This document shows positions 1 to 14,008 of a DNA stretch of 64,000 bases, one piece after another (the stretch's first letter is position 1; each line of letters opens with the position of its first letter). The DNA comes from Octopus vulgaris (Eukaryota), in the NCBI GenBank assembly GCA_951406725.2, contig OX597818.1, positions 130,944,001 to 131,008,000 of the forward strand. The letters are read 5' to 3'. The position numbers and the translations under genes are program-made. Below the pieces are notes generated by a model that saw only the letters and a list, made by a program, of their open reading frames with translations, had not been told where the DNA came from and did not search any database.

Positions 1-130
1 TCCATTCACAAAACTTCGGTTGGCCTGAAGCTATAGTAGAAGGCACTTGCCCATTGTGCCATGAAGTGGGACTGAACCTGAGTTCAAGTTGTTCGGAAGC
101 AAGCTTCTTACCACACAGCTACACCTGCAC
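1..130 (-). mobile_element. SINE family A, 5' part (tRNA-like head), cut by window edge
   Basis: Reverse complement matches the head of the full copies at 23768 and 24419 (gctgtgtggtaag...ggttcagtcccac). Confidence 0.75.
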
Positions 131-280
131 TTTTATACTGAATATTTTATTGCTAAACACACTGTGCCTGAGAATAATATGAGATGGTCATGGTAGGAAG
201 GAATTTCATCACAGGTCTTCATTTTTGGAGTATACACAAAGCTAAATAAACAACAACAACAACAAGTACACCTGGAATAC

Positions 281-1055
281 TGTTTCCAAGTAAAAGGAAG
301 ATTGTACGATGTATGTTTTACCGTCAGCAATTCTCTATGGTAGTGAGATAGGGGTCCTGAATGAGAGGGCATGTGAAGGTTTGAAAGGAATGGGGCTAAT
401 ATGTTCGACTGGATGTGTAGTGTAAATGTACAAGTTTGACAGAGTGCTAGTGTTTTGAAAGAGAAGTTAGGCACAAGGGGAATTAGTTGCTGTGTGCAAG
501 AGAGAAGACTACACTGGTTTGGTCATGTGGTACGAATGGATGCTGACAGCTCTATAAAGAAGTGCCAATCTCTCAAAGTAGATGGAACATGTGGAAGGGG
601 GAGACCCAGGAAGACATGGGATGAAGAACTGAAGAATGACCTTAGGATGCTGAACTTTTCAGGTTAGATGACAAAGGATCGAGATGCCTGGCACATTGCT
701 GTACTCTGCAGCAGAAGTATTAAGACCAGTCCCTTTGGTGGTGAAAAGCACTCATGGTGGGGTCCTGTAAAAGTGCCTGTGTGATGCCATGAGTAAGTGC
801 CAGTGTGATATCACATAAAAATGCCCATGCTGTGCCATCTAAAAGTGCCCATGCCACACCACGTAAAGGCATCCATGTGGAACCACATAAAAACATCCAT
901 GTGGTGCCACATAAAAGCACCCACCACACTCTGAATAGTGGTTGGCATTAGGAAGGGCTTCGAGTCATGGGAACCATGCCAAATCAGACTGAAATCTGAT
1001 GTGGCTCTCCAGCTTTCCAGCTCTGGTCAAACCATCAAACCAATGCCAGCATGGA
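281..1055 (+). mobile_element. 5'-truncated RTE-clade LINE: decayed ORF2 C-terminus plus 3' UTR
   Basis: Broken frames give KGRLYDVC, LYGSE and EKLGTRGISCCVQERRLHWFGHVVRM...GRGRPRKTW, typical of an RTE reverse transcriptase C-terminus. The UTR has ~21-bp gtgccacataaaagcac units and the gtggttggcattaggaagggc motif. Confidence 0.85.
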
Positions 1056-1441
1056 TCATCATCATTTAGCATCCGCTTTCCATGCTAGCATGGGTTGGAC
1101 GGGTCAACTGGGGTCTGTGAAGCTGGAAGGCTTCGTCAGGCCCAGTCAGATCTGGCAGTGTTTCTACAGCTGGATGCCCTTCCTAACGCCAACCACTCCA
1201 CGAGTGTAGTGGGTGTTTTTACGTGCCACCTGCACAGGTGCCAGACAGAGCTGGCGAACGGCCACGAATGGATGGTGCTTTTACGTGTCACCGGCACGGG
1301 GCCAGGCGATGCTGGCAACAGACATGAACGGATGGTGCTTTTACGTGCCACCGACACGGGGCCAGACAGAGCTGGCAAACGGCCATGAACGGACGGTGCT
1401 TTTACGTGTCACCGGCACGGGGGCCAGCCGAGGCTGGCAAC
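1056..1441 (-). mobile_element. RTE 3'-UTR fragment (family C) with ~62-bp minisatellite, tail-to-tail with the previous copy
   Basis: (cat)n tail, ggatgcccttcctaacgccaacc motif, about 4 units of gatggtgcttttacgtgccaccggcac. Confidence 0.85.
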
Positions 1442-1919
1442 GAACTAAATAACAAAATTTATTTTTATCTTTCAAATTGTTATATATCTTTCATACCATG
1501 GTTGCTACTTGGCAACAGAAGCATTCCAAGCATTTCAATATTATGCTGTTAAGACTACACTGGGACAACCTCTTTAAGGGTTTAGTCAAACAAATTCCCA
1601 CCCACTGTACTTATTTTTAAGCCTAGTTCCTATTCTATTGGTCTCTTTAGCTGAAGTGCTAAATGACAAGGAACATAAACAAACTAAGGATGGTTGTCAT
1701 GCAGTAGTAGGGGACAAACACAAAGACACACACATGGTTTTTTTTTCGAGAGTGTAGTAAGACAACAGGATGTTGTCTTACTATACTATAACCAGTGCCA
1801 GATTTAGGACAAATGCTGTTAAGTTATGAGGCCCCTTACTTTTGTACAGAGAATTATTCATACACAATATTATGTTAAAAAATGTGTAAATGTGTTCACA
1901 TTATTAATTTCACTTTTAA

Positions 1920-2372
1920 GGAGGCTAGCTGGCAGAAACATTAGCATGCAAGGTGAAATGCTTAGCAGTATTTCGTCTGCATTTAGGTTCAGAGTTCAAA
2001 TTCAACCGTGGTCGACTTTGCCTTTCATCTTTTGGGGTTGATTATATAACTAACAGTTATGCACTGGGGTTGATGTAATCGACTTAATCCCTTTGTCTGT
2101 CCTTGTTTGTCCCCTCTATGTTTAGCCCCCTGTGGGCAATAACGAAATAAATATTAAGGTAGCGAGCTGGCAGAATCGTTAGCATGCTGGATGAAGTGCT
2201 TAGCAGTATTTCGCCCTTCACTAAATTCTGAGTTCAAATTTCACCAAAGTTGACTTTACCTTTCATCTGTTCGGGGTCGATAAATTAAGTACCAGTAAAA
2301 CACTGGGGTCGATGTATTCGACTATACCCCTCCCCCAAATTTCAAGCCTTGTGCCTATAATAGAAAAGATTA
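1920..2372 (+). mobile_element. Two tandem SINE family B copies with different 3' tails
   Basis: Both have the ggcgagctggcagaa head, gagttcaaat B-box and gcctttcatc...ggggtcgataaattaagtaccag core. The first ends gccccctgtgggcaataacgaaata, the second ccttgtgcctataatagaaaagattatt. Confidence 0.85.
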
Positions 2373-2796
2373 TTAATTTCACTTTTATAATTTTTAGGTA
2401 AAACATTTGAATGTTTGACATTTGAAAAATTTATCATAAAAATTTGGTGAGCAGGAGGATGGGCTCTCACCAGTCAATGGGGACCAGTGCTTAGGCACAC
2501 CTAAGCACAATGGTAAATCTGGCTCTAACTATATACCTCAAGCATGTTGCCTGAGATACATCAGCATGGTTTTTCTTTTAAGTCAGCAAATTGTCCTGCA
2601 TATCATGTCTTCAAAGTAATGTGGAATAAGTTATCCATCCCTTGAAAAACAAGGAAGGCTTAGTAGCATCACGGAGGGAATCCGGCTGGAAATCAATACT
2701 TGAAATAGCGAATTCATCCAACCCATGCTAACATTGCAAAATATATGTGAGACAATATTTTCGTCTGTCTGCCTGCCTGGCTGCCTTTCACCACCC

Positions 2797-4270
<1,474 letters not shown>

Positions 4271-4689
4271 CTATATCACCACAGTAAATGACATATGTAG
4301 GCCCCATCACATCCTATCAGTGTATAAACCAGTGGGGATGAATCATGGTCACCCATGAAAAAACATCCAGGGCTGGTCGGAGATGGGAGGAGGCACATAT
4401 CCACCTTCAGATTAACACCTTCACCACCACCACCACCATAAGCACCACTACCACCACCACCACCATTGCCATTATTAAGACCAGCATTGTAGCTACTGCC
4501 AGGAGTAGGACCTTATCTCTTTAATTTAACTTTGGGTGGTGCGGTGGGGGGCGGGGAGGTTGCCCATCCCATTCCATCCCATCCCATCCCAACTAGCACC
4601 TCGCCACCACCCTGTAATGCTTACATATTGAATATTCACAGCTACCCCAGTCTCCACCATCTCCTCTTACACATACTTCCTACATAGTC

Positions 4690-6310
4690 ATCTTCCACCA
4701 CCAGCACCAGCACCACCACCACCACTATCACTGTCCACTATCACTGTCACACTACCACCACCACCACCACCACCACCACCACCACCACCACCAATATCAT
4801 CACCACTGTGGTCATCATCACAACCACCACCACCACCACCACCACCACCATCAGCACCACCACCACCACCACCATCAGCACCACCACCACCACCAATATC
4901 ATTACCACTGTGGTCATGATCACAACCACCACCACCACTAGCACCACCACCACCACCACCACCATCAACACCACCACCACCACCACCACCACCACCAATA
5001 TCATTACCACTGTCGTCATGATCACAACCACCCACCACCACCACCACCACCACCAATATCATCAACACTGTGGTCATCATCACAACCACCACCACCACCA
5101 CCATCAGCACCACCATCAGCACCAGCACCACCACCACCACTACCAAAACCACCACCACCACCACCATCAGCACCACCACCACCACCAACACCACCACCAC
5201 CACCACCACCACCAGCACCACCACCAGCACCAGCACCACCACCACCATCATCACCACCGTCACTGTAACCACTGCTGCCACCACCACCACCACCTACAAC
5301 TACCACCACCACTACCTGCAAAGTCAAAGTGCCGGCAGCAGTAACTAAGGCAATGAGAACAATATACCACTCCACCACTGAATCTCTTTCATTCATTCAT
5401 TCACTGCACAAGGAGCAACCCACCACACTGTCATAACAATGACACTGACACCAAACAAGGCCCACACATACAGCATGACCAACACCACCACCACCACCAC
5501 TCCCACTACCACTGCCACCACCACTCCCACATCCACCTACAACTACCACACCCACTGCTACCTACAGCAACGACATCCACTACCACCTACAATCACTGTC
5601 ACTGCAACCACCAATACCACCATTGTCACCACCGCCTATGCCCACCACTGCCGCCTACAACCACCACCATTGCCTACGACCACCACCACCCTGCTGCAAC
5701 CACCTTTGACCATCAGCACCGTCACCGCCACCACCACCACCACTACCTATGTCCACTACCACTGCCACCATCACTCCCACTACCACCTACAACTACCACA
5801 CCCACTGCTACCGACAGCAACGACATCCACTACCACCTATAACCACTGTCACTGCAACCACCAATACCACCATCACCACCACCACTGTCACCACCACCTA
5901 TGCCCACCACTGCCGCCTACAACCACAACCACCACCACCATGCTGCAACCACCTTTGACCACCAGCACCGCCACCGCCACCACCACTACCACTGCCACCA
6001 TCACTCCCACTACCACCTACAACGACGACCACGACCACCACCTACAACTACCACACCCACTGCTACCTACAGCAACGACATCCACTACCACCTACAACCA
6101 CTGTCACTGCAACCACCAATACCACCATCACCACCACCACTGCCACCACCGCCTATGCCCACCACTGTCACCACCGCCTATGCCCACCACTACCGCCTAC
6201 AACCACCACCATTGCCTACGACCACCACCACCACCCTGCTGCAACCACCTTTGACCACCAGCACCGCCACCGCCACCAGTACCACCATCGCCACTACCAC
6301 CACCAGCATT
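4690..6310. repeat. (CAC)n-based cryptic microsatellite with higher-order units
   Basis: The marker aatatcat..cactgt.gtcat.atcacaac recurs about every 60-110 bp in 4790-5090. The marker caactaccacacccactgctacc recurs at about 5540, 5790 and 6045. Confidence 0.9.
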
Positions 6311-6719
6311 ACTACTGTCCTATGGATACCGTATGATACAACTGTCACCCTAATCCCTCATGCCATTACTACTACTGCGCCACAACCACACCACACCACA
6401 TCACGCCAAACTAGATCTGACCACCAAGCAACATTTACATAGAGATGGAGGAAACTGTATGTAAATAAGTGATAAGACATATCATATGTGCAATAGGGGA
6501 GAAAGCAGGAAGCAGTTAACCCATGACAGGCAGGCGTACATACGTACATATATATATATATAATGTATGTATGTATGTTTGTATGTATGTGTATGTGAGT
6601 GTACAGTGTGTGTAGGTGTCTGTGTATTTGTACAAGTGTGCATATATATATATATATGTATATATATAGAGAGAGAGAGAGTGAGAGAGAGATACACACA
6701 TATATATATGTATATATGT

Positions 6720-6766
<47 letters not shown>

Positions 6767-6805
6767 TACACACACATATATATATGTATATATGTGGATA
6801 TATAT

Positions 6806-6844
<39 letters not shown>

Positions 6845-6878
6845 TATCTATATCTACCTATCTAGCAATCTAGTTTTT

Positions 6879-6960
<82 letters not shown>

Positions 6961-7283
6961 CGCATACACACACATCTGCACACATACAAACACACACACA
7001 CACACGTTTAAATACCAGATGTTAGTTACTATGGTAACAAAAAGAGATAAGACAATGAACGAGTGGTATCATATATTTGACGTGTATATTTCTCTGCATA
7101 AGAGAGCCTGAATGCATACAGACAGACATACACATGCAAATATGCACAAATATGTATATATATACACACACACAGATACATATATATATACACATAAGTG
7201 TGTGTGTGTATATACATACATATATATATACATACATACATATATATATATACACATACGTACATACATATATATATATACAC

Positions 7284-7311
<28 letters not shown>

Positions 7312-7314
<3 letters not shown>

Positions 7315-7747
7315 ATAGTTATCGCCATACTAATATGGCATTCTTATAAAAATAAGAATAAAGCTGTCCGCTTATTAGCTCCATGAGGCCATCGCCTTAA
7401 GTTAGCTATTTGATACACAAACTGTATCCATATAACCTTCGAACAAGGGAGGTCAGTCGCTCCACACTACTTGACCGACAGCTACAGACGCGTTTCGGGG
7501 TATTGCCCCTTTTCAATGCAGCGTAGTCAGACCAGTAGGTGTCGCTTCTGACAATCTCTGTTCGAAGGTTTTATTTACCTAGTTTCGGTGGAATACATCC
7601 ACTTGTTTTCAATAATAGAAATATTAAAATTACTAAGTCTCTCTAAAAGAGAACACGGCAGCGTTCCTGGAAAATAATAGTTATCGCCATACTAATATGG
7701 CATTCTTATAAAAATAAGAATAAAGCTGTCCGCTTATTAGCTCCATG
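7312..7747 (-). mobile_element. Retrozyme-like / Penelope-like pseudo-LTR unit, 362-bp period with 74-bp terminal direct repeat
   Basis: 7312-7385 is identical to 7674-7747. It contains the hammerhead at 7481-7522 and abuts a (TA)n tract. Confidence 0.7.
7481..7522 (-). ncRNA. Minimal type I hammerhead ribozyme, U3-A8 core variant
   Basis: Minus strand reads GCUGCA-UUGAAAA-GGGG CAAUA CCCC-GAAAC GC GUC-UGUAGC: 6-bp stem I, 4-bp stem II, palindromic ACGCGU stem III and a GUC cleavage triplet. Confidence 0.8.
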
Positions 7748-8015
7748 GATATAAAGAACAGAGTTGAGAAGTGGATATAAATGGATATAAAGAACAGAGT
7801 TGAGAAGTGAAAAAAAGAACGGAATTGAGAAGAGAAAAACGGTTGACCAGCAAGCTATGTGTCCAATGGCAAAAAGGCAGAATATACATATATATTTTTT
7901 TTTCTAAATTTTCTAATTTTATATATATATATATTATATTTTGTGAAATTTGATTTAGTATTTCTAAGTTGAATTTTTCCCTGTAAGTTTGGAATAATAT
8001 TCCCTATTCCTATTT

Positions 8016-8046
<31 letters not shown>

Positions 8047-8057
8047 TATACACACAC

Positions 8058-8212
8058 ATTTTTCTCTCTCCTTGTTTTTTCTGTGTTCCTTTCTGTAGAA
8101 GAGCGTAGGCTCAAAATGTAAAAGACTTTTTTCTATTCCTGAGCGTTATACTAATACATGTGTTTATTTTGTACACCACCTGTCTTTGTCTTTTGTTTTT
8201 TTCGTAAACTCT

Positions 8213-8215
<3 letters not shown>
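8058..8215 (+). mobile_element. (TA)n-embedded short repeat carrying a decayed hammerhead-like motif (family H2)
   Basis: Homologous to 53188-53378 (+) and 11818-11987 (-). Contains ctgtagaa-gagc gtag gctc-aaaatgta-aaaga. Confidence 0.6.
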
Positions 8216-8253
<38 letters not shown>

Positions 8254-8257
<4 letters not shown>

Positions 8258-8344
8258 CACAGGAGTGGCTGTGTGGTAAGTAGCTTGCCGACCAATGCCT
8301 TGTGAGTGGATTTGGTAGACGAAAACTGATAGAAACCTGTCGTA

Positions 8345-8407
<63 letters not shown>

Positions 8408-8607
8408 TTGTGTGTCTGTGTTTGTCCCCCTAGCATTGCTTGACAACCGATGCTGGTGTGTTTACATCCCTGTCACTTAGCGGTTCGGCAAAAGAGACCG
8501 ATAGAATAAGTACTGGGCTTACAAAGAATAAAACATGGGGTCGAGTTGCTCGATTAAAGGCAGTGCTCCAGCATGGCCACAGTCAAAAGACTGAAACAAG
8601 TAAAAGA
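8254..8607 (+). mobile_element. SINE family A with internal deletion in the head
   Basis: aggcacaggagtggctgtgtggtaag head, internal (TA)/(TG) tract, ...ccagcatggccacagtcaaaagactgaaacaagtaaaaga tail. Confidence 0.85.
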
Positions 8608-8723
8608 TTCTTTAAACCGAGCCAACCAGGAAGAGACCTAGGAGAAAACCAAGAACAAGATAGTTGGATAATATCTATGGCCTCTGTTTGTCACTCATTG
8701 GAATCCAGCCAGAAAATATATTG

Positions 8724-9133
8724 AAGGCAGCAAACTGGCAGAAATGTTAGCACGCTGGGCGAAATGCTTAGTGGTATTTCTTCTGTCTTTGCGTTCTGAG
8801 TTCAAATTCCGCCGACGTCAATTTTGGCTTTCGTCCTTTCGGGGTTGATAAATTAAGTACCAGTTACGCACTGGGGTCGATGTAATCAACTTAATCCGTT
8901 TGTCTGTCCTTGTTTGTCTCCTCTGTGTTTAGGCCTTTGGGGGTAGTAAAGGAATAGGTATTTCGTCTGTCTTTACATTCTGAGTTCAAATTCCACCGAG
9001 GTCAACTTTGGCGTTCATCCTTTCGGGGTCGATAAATTAAGTACCAGTTATGCACTGGGGTCGATGTAATCAACTTAATCCGTTTGTCTGTCCCCTCTAT
9101 GTTTAGCCCCTTGTGGGCAATAAAGAAATAAGA
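8724..9133 (+). mobile_element. SINE family B, full copy followed directly by a 5'-truncated second copy
   Basis: The second unit restarts at ggtatttcgtctgtc (about 8958). Confidence 0.85.
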
Positions 9134-9309
9134 AAATATATTGTTTCTGATATATTGTTTCACTATGGTGAAAATATATTGTTTCACTATGGTGAAGGTG
9201 CCTGAGGATTCTACACTATGACCCTCTCAAAAATAGTGGGTGGAGAAAGGATATATATAAATAGACATATGTGTGTATGTATGTATGTATGCATGCATGT
9301 ATGTATATT

Positions 9310-9877
9310 ATCATCGTCATCAACACTTAACATTCATTTTCCATGCTAGCATGGCTTGAACGACTTGATAGGAACTGACAAAGCTAGGGCTGTACCTGGT
9401 TCCATTGTTTTGGCTTGGTTTTTACAGCTTGATGCCCTTCCCAATGCCAGCCACTCTACAGAGTGTACTGGGTGCTTTTTACATGGCACCATCACAAGTA
9501 CATTTTATGTGCCACCAGCAGCAATTCTTTTGAAATGACACCAGCACCCTACCCCAATGCTTTTTATATGGCACTTTGGTTTTAGGATCCCAATTCTGTT
9601 GTGGTGGGTGGGTCTTCTTGAGTACAGCAATGTGTCACATATCATGGTCTTCTGTGCTCATTTCACAGTCATGAGGTCTTCAGTTCAATCTCTCTGCTTA
9701 GCATCTTGAACAAATATAATTTTGTACAGTTTCAGATCAACCCATAGCTTGTGAATTAAAATTGGATAGATGAAAATTATATAGAAGATTATTGGATCGA
9801 TTGGACCTGTAATTCAAAAGATACAGCCTTGTGACTCACAGCGTCATACCTCCTCCTCCTCCTCCTCCTCCTCCTCC

Positions 9878-9910
<33 letters not shown>

Positions 9911-10150
9911 ACAACAACAACAACAACAACAACAAACGTCTGTCTTTCATGCTGGTATGGGTTGGATGATTTGATAGGAGTTAAACAAGCCAGAGAGCGG
10001 CACCAGGCTTTATTATCTGATTTGGCATAGTTTCTATGGCTGGATGCCTTTCCAAACACCAACCACTTTACAGAGTGTGCTGGATGCCTTTTATGTGGCC
10101 CCAGCACTGGTGCTTTTTATGTGACACCAACACCAGCAGGGGTATCGAGT
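9310..10150 (-). mobile_element. Two decayed family C (RTE 3'-UTR) fragments interleaved with an older SINE
   Basis: gatgcccttcccaatgccagccac and gatgcctttccaaacaccaaccac motifs, each with a (cat)n/(caa)n tail. Confidence 0.6.
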
Positions 10151-11634
10151 AATGTGCAGAACAAAGTCTTCTCAGCTAGGAGAGGGAGCAGTTTCAAGGG
10201 AAGAGGTTTTATGTCAGGTGAGAGGTTAGAATATAATAGAGAGTTAGAGGTAGGAGTCTTACTACAGAGGAGATACTTGGCTACTCCCAGAAGGTGAAAA
10301 AAAGAGAGGAAGGTGAGAGAGAGTTAGAGAGACAGTCATGTGTCGGAGACACATAGTGGTGGGACATACCCTTAGGAAACAGTGGGAAAGGGGAATATAA
10401 GTGTACAAAAGAGGTAGAGGAGTATAGGGGTATATATTTCATAAGAGTTTGAGGGGAGATATTTAGAGATGGGGGAAGAGGTGACTGTTTCAAGTGATGG
10501 TGAGAAAAATTGGAGTGGTGGGTGATGTGGTTCTTTCTGAGAACTATGTTAACAGTATGCATGTCCGTGGAATACTCAGTCACTTGTACATTGATTCAGG
10601 AGCAGGTAATTCAGTTGATCAAATATGAACAACTGAATCCTCATCATTGAATGACAAAGATCCACCACTACCAAATACGCATGCACACATACACACACAC
10701 ATGCAAATACATATACATGTGTTTGTGTGTGTGTGTGTGTATTTGTATGTGTGTTATTTTTACATGGGCTTTCCGCACATCGTTGATGTCTTCAACGAAA
10801 CTTCTCACCTTCCATGAAGCTCTTATCTTGACAATATTTTGACAGCTGCCACTTTTGGGAAAAATAAAAACAAAAACAAGAAAAAACAGTGCAAAAACAT
10901 AACAATAACAAGAACAACAATGAGAACGATGATGATGATGATGATGATGATGAAGATATTAATAATACTAATGATTTGGTGATGATGGTGATGATGGTGA
11001 TGATGTCAATAACGAGCAGATTATGATGATGATGATGATGATGATTGTGGAAGTAGTAATAACAACATCAGCATCATAATAATAGTAATGATGATGATGA
11101 AGATGAAGATTTTACCCTTAAAATTTTAACATTCTACCTTAATCTTAAAGCTATATTTGAATTTTCACCCTTTCTCTCAACTCTTCATGCACGTACAAAT
11201 ACATACACAAATACACACACATGCACGTGTTTCTATATATTAATATACACATTCATACATCTTTCTCATTCTTTCCTTTCTGTATTTCTAAAAACCTTCC
11301 CCAACGCCCCCATCGAATTCCTTACCCCAGTCTGACAGCATATAATGAGCTTTTGAAAGAAAATCAGAGAAAGACAGGAAAACTCTTACGTTTGGATTTT
11401 GAAAATTTATCATTATCATTTCTTTTTAAAATTTTATTTCATTCTGTTTTATTTTATTTTAATATTTTCATTTGTCCCCTCTCTGCTCTTTTAAACCCCC
11501 TCCCCACCTCTGACATTTGTCAAGAAAAAAAAGCCAAAAAAAAAAATACAAAGCATTGGATAGAATTTTGATAATACATTTGTATGTTTATTTCCTCAGT
11601 TTTAGCATTTAATCTTACCACCACCACCACCACC

Positions 11635-11665
<31 letters not shown>

Positions 11666-11817
11666 GCGGCAGCAATAGCAGCAGCAACAATTGAGTACAT
11701 GAGCTAACTAAGGAGCAACCTTCTGCATGGTTCCTTCTTGAGCTTTTAGAAATAGTCACTAAATGTCCTTTAACCGTTTAACATTCAAACTGACCATATC
11801 CAGCCCAAATATTCTAA

Positions 11818-11987
11818 CGGGAAAGTTTACAGAAATAAACAAAAGACGAAGGCAGGTGGAGTACAAACAAACAAATGTATTAGTACAGCGCTCAGGAATA
11901 GAAATAGAAAACAGAAAGATACACAGAAAAAAAACAAGGAGAGAAACAAAGAGAGAAAAAAATGCGTGTAGGAGCTAACGATCTAGC
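11818..11987 (-). mobile_element. Family H2 copy lacking the hammerhead segment, inserted in a TTAA-MITE remnant (11770-12090)
   Basis: Reverse complement matches 53188-53378 except for the ribozyme-like segment. The flanks match the 63053-63264 MITE. Confidence 0.65.
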
Positions 11988-12288
11988 TTTATGTTGAAAC
12001 CAGCCAGATCACTCCTCTCACGCCTACCCTACAATGTTATTTTGAAAGTATAAACGACGTCATCAAAATCCCAAAACTATAAGATGCCTTTTATCTTTTT
12101 ATCTTTCACTGTGGCCATACTGGGGCACCACCTTGAAGAATTTTCAGTCAAATGAACTGAATTCAATATTTATTCGTTTTAAGCCTGGTACTAATCCTAT
12201 CGATCTCTTTTTACCAAACTGCTAAGTTATGGGGAGATGTAAACATACCAAGACTGGTTGTCAAGCAGTGCCAGGGGACAAACACAAA

Positions 12289-12332
<44 letters not shown>

Positions 12333-12419
12333 TGCATACATATATATACACATATACAAATAAAGAAATTTTATCCACCAGTGCGGTGTTGAGTACTCAT
12401 TCTCATAGTTTGACATGTA

Positions 12420-12987
12420 TTGGGTTGTCCGGAAAGTTTGTGCCAATTTTTAAAAGCAAGAAAAAGGGTCAATAAATACTTGCCATTGCATTTTTAATCA
12501 ACCAAATATGAACCATTTTGTTGCACAATGCATCTCCATCTTTCCTTTAACTTGAAAATACCCTCTTCCCAAGAATTGAGGTGGTTTCATGGCAAAGAAT
12601 TTATCAAGGTATCATTTTACGTCATCCAAGGAACTGAAATTTTTACCATTAAGACTATTCTGCAGAGACCTGAATAAGTGGAAATCCAAAGGAGCAATAT
12701 CTGGTGAATATGGAGGGTGGGGTAACACATCCCAGCCAAGTTGCAGCAATTTTTGTCTGGTTCCCAAAGCATCAAGTGCCGAAAATGAACATTCTTATCT
12801 TCCATTTTAAAGGGTTACAGAATTAACACAGGTTATAGGAACATAAACCTTCTTCCACGAAAAGATAGCTTAAACTGTGCTCTAAATAGAGGTTTAGTGA
12901 AATCCTATTTTATGGACTCAACCATGTTCTAAAATAAGTCGAAAGGTAAGCTACTATAAGTCGGCACAAACTTTCTGGACAACCCAA
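12420..12987 (-). mobile_element. Internally deleted non-autonomous mariner (Tc1/mariner) transposon
   Basis: 25-bp TIRs ttgggttgtccggaaagtttgtgcc / ggcacaaactttctggacaacccaa (1 mismatch), TA at both flanks. The minus strand encodes [13 protein letters not shown] joined to [32 protein letters not shown] (mariner YSPDLAP motif). Confidence 0.93.
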
Positions 12988-13364
12988 TACATATGATTTT
13001 TTATATTATCTTATATTATATTCATAGTATATAATGTTATACCATAATATAAATAAATTATTGGATTGTCAATTGAATCTCTAATTTATTGTTTGTAATT
13101 TGTATTATATCCATATTTATACGGGATTCAACTGACGTACAAGTGAATTGGGTGTTTTACACACCCCTTTGAAGGAATTCCTTTTCTTAATTTGTTACTT
13201 TATATCATCATCATCATCATCATCATCGTATACATATATATGTGGTATTTTTATACAGGTTTAAAGCTTATGGCGATCACCATGCAATGACTAAGGAAAA
13301 TAGTCAAATAAAGGGACACATAAGCCCTTGACAGAATAAATATGGGTTTGTATATGTGTGTGTG

Positions 13365-13411
<47 letters not shown>

Positions 13412-13625
13412 GTAATATTAGGGAGTAAATCCAAACTTATAGGGAAAAATTAGATTTAGGATTAAATCTAATTTTACAGTATAAATATATTTATTAAATA
13501 CATATATTAATATTATATTAATTAATAAATTTATTTCTATGTTTTGGTTTATGTTTTTCACTGTTTGATTTGCCTAATAGTGGTTTTATCTCTAATATAT
13601 ATATATATACACACATATATATATA

Positions 13626-14008
13626 CAGGCACAGGCGTGGCTGTGTGGTAAGATACTTTCTTCCCAACCCACATGGTTCCAGGTTCAATCCCACTACATG
13701 GCACCTTGGGCCAACCAAAGCCTTGTGAGTGAATTTGGTAAACAGAAAGTGAAAGAAGCCTGTCATACATATGTATATATATATATATATGTATGTATAT
13801 ATATTTATGTGTGTATGTTTGTGTTTGTCCTTCCCACTATCACTTGACAACTGATGTTGGTGTGTTTATGTCCCTGTAACTTAGCGGTCTCAGCATAAGA
13901 GACTGATGAATAAGCTCCAGGCTTACAAAGAATAAGTCCAGGGTTCAATTTTTCAACTAAAAGGCAGTGCTCCTGCATGGCCACAGTCAAATGACTGAAA
14001 CAAGTAAA
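13626..14008 (+). mobile_element. SINE family A
   Basis: Head, internal microsatellite and tail match the other A copies. Confidence 0.85.

Noticed and set aside
9150-9197. 25-bp tandem duplication atatattgtttcactatggtgaa
   Set aside because: Isolated local slippage with no further structure.
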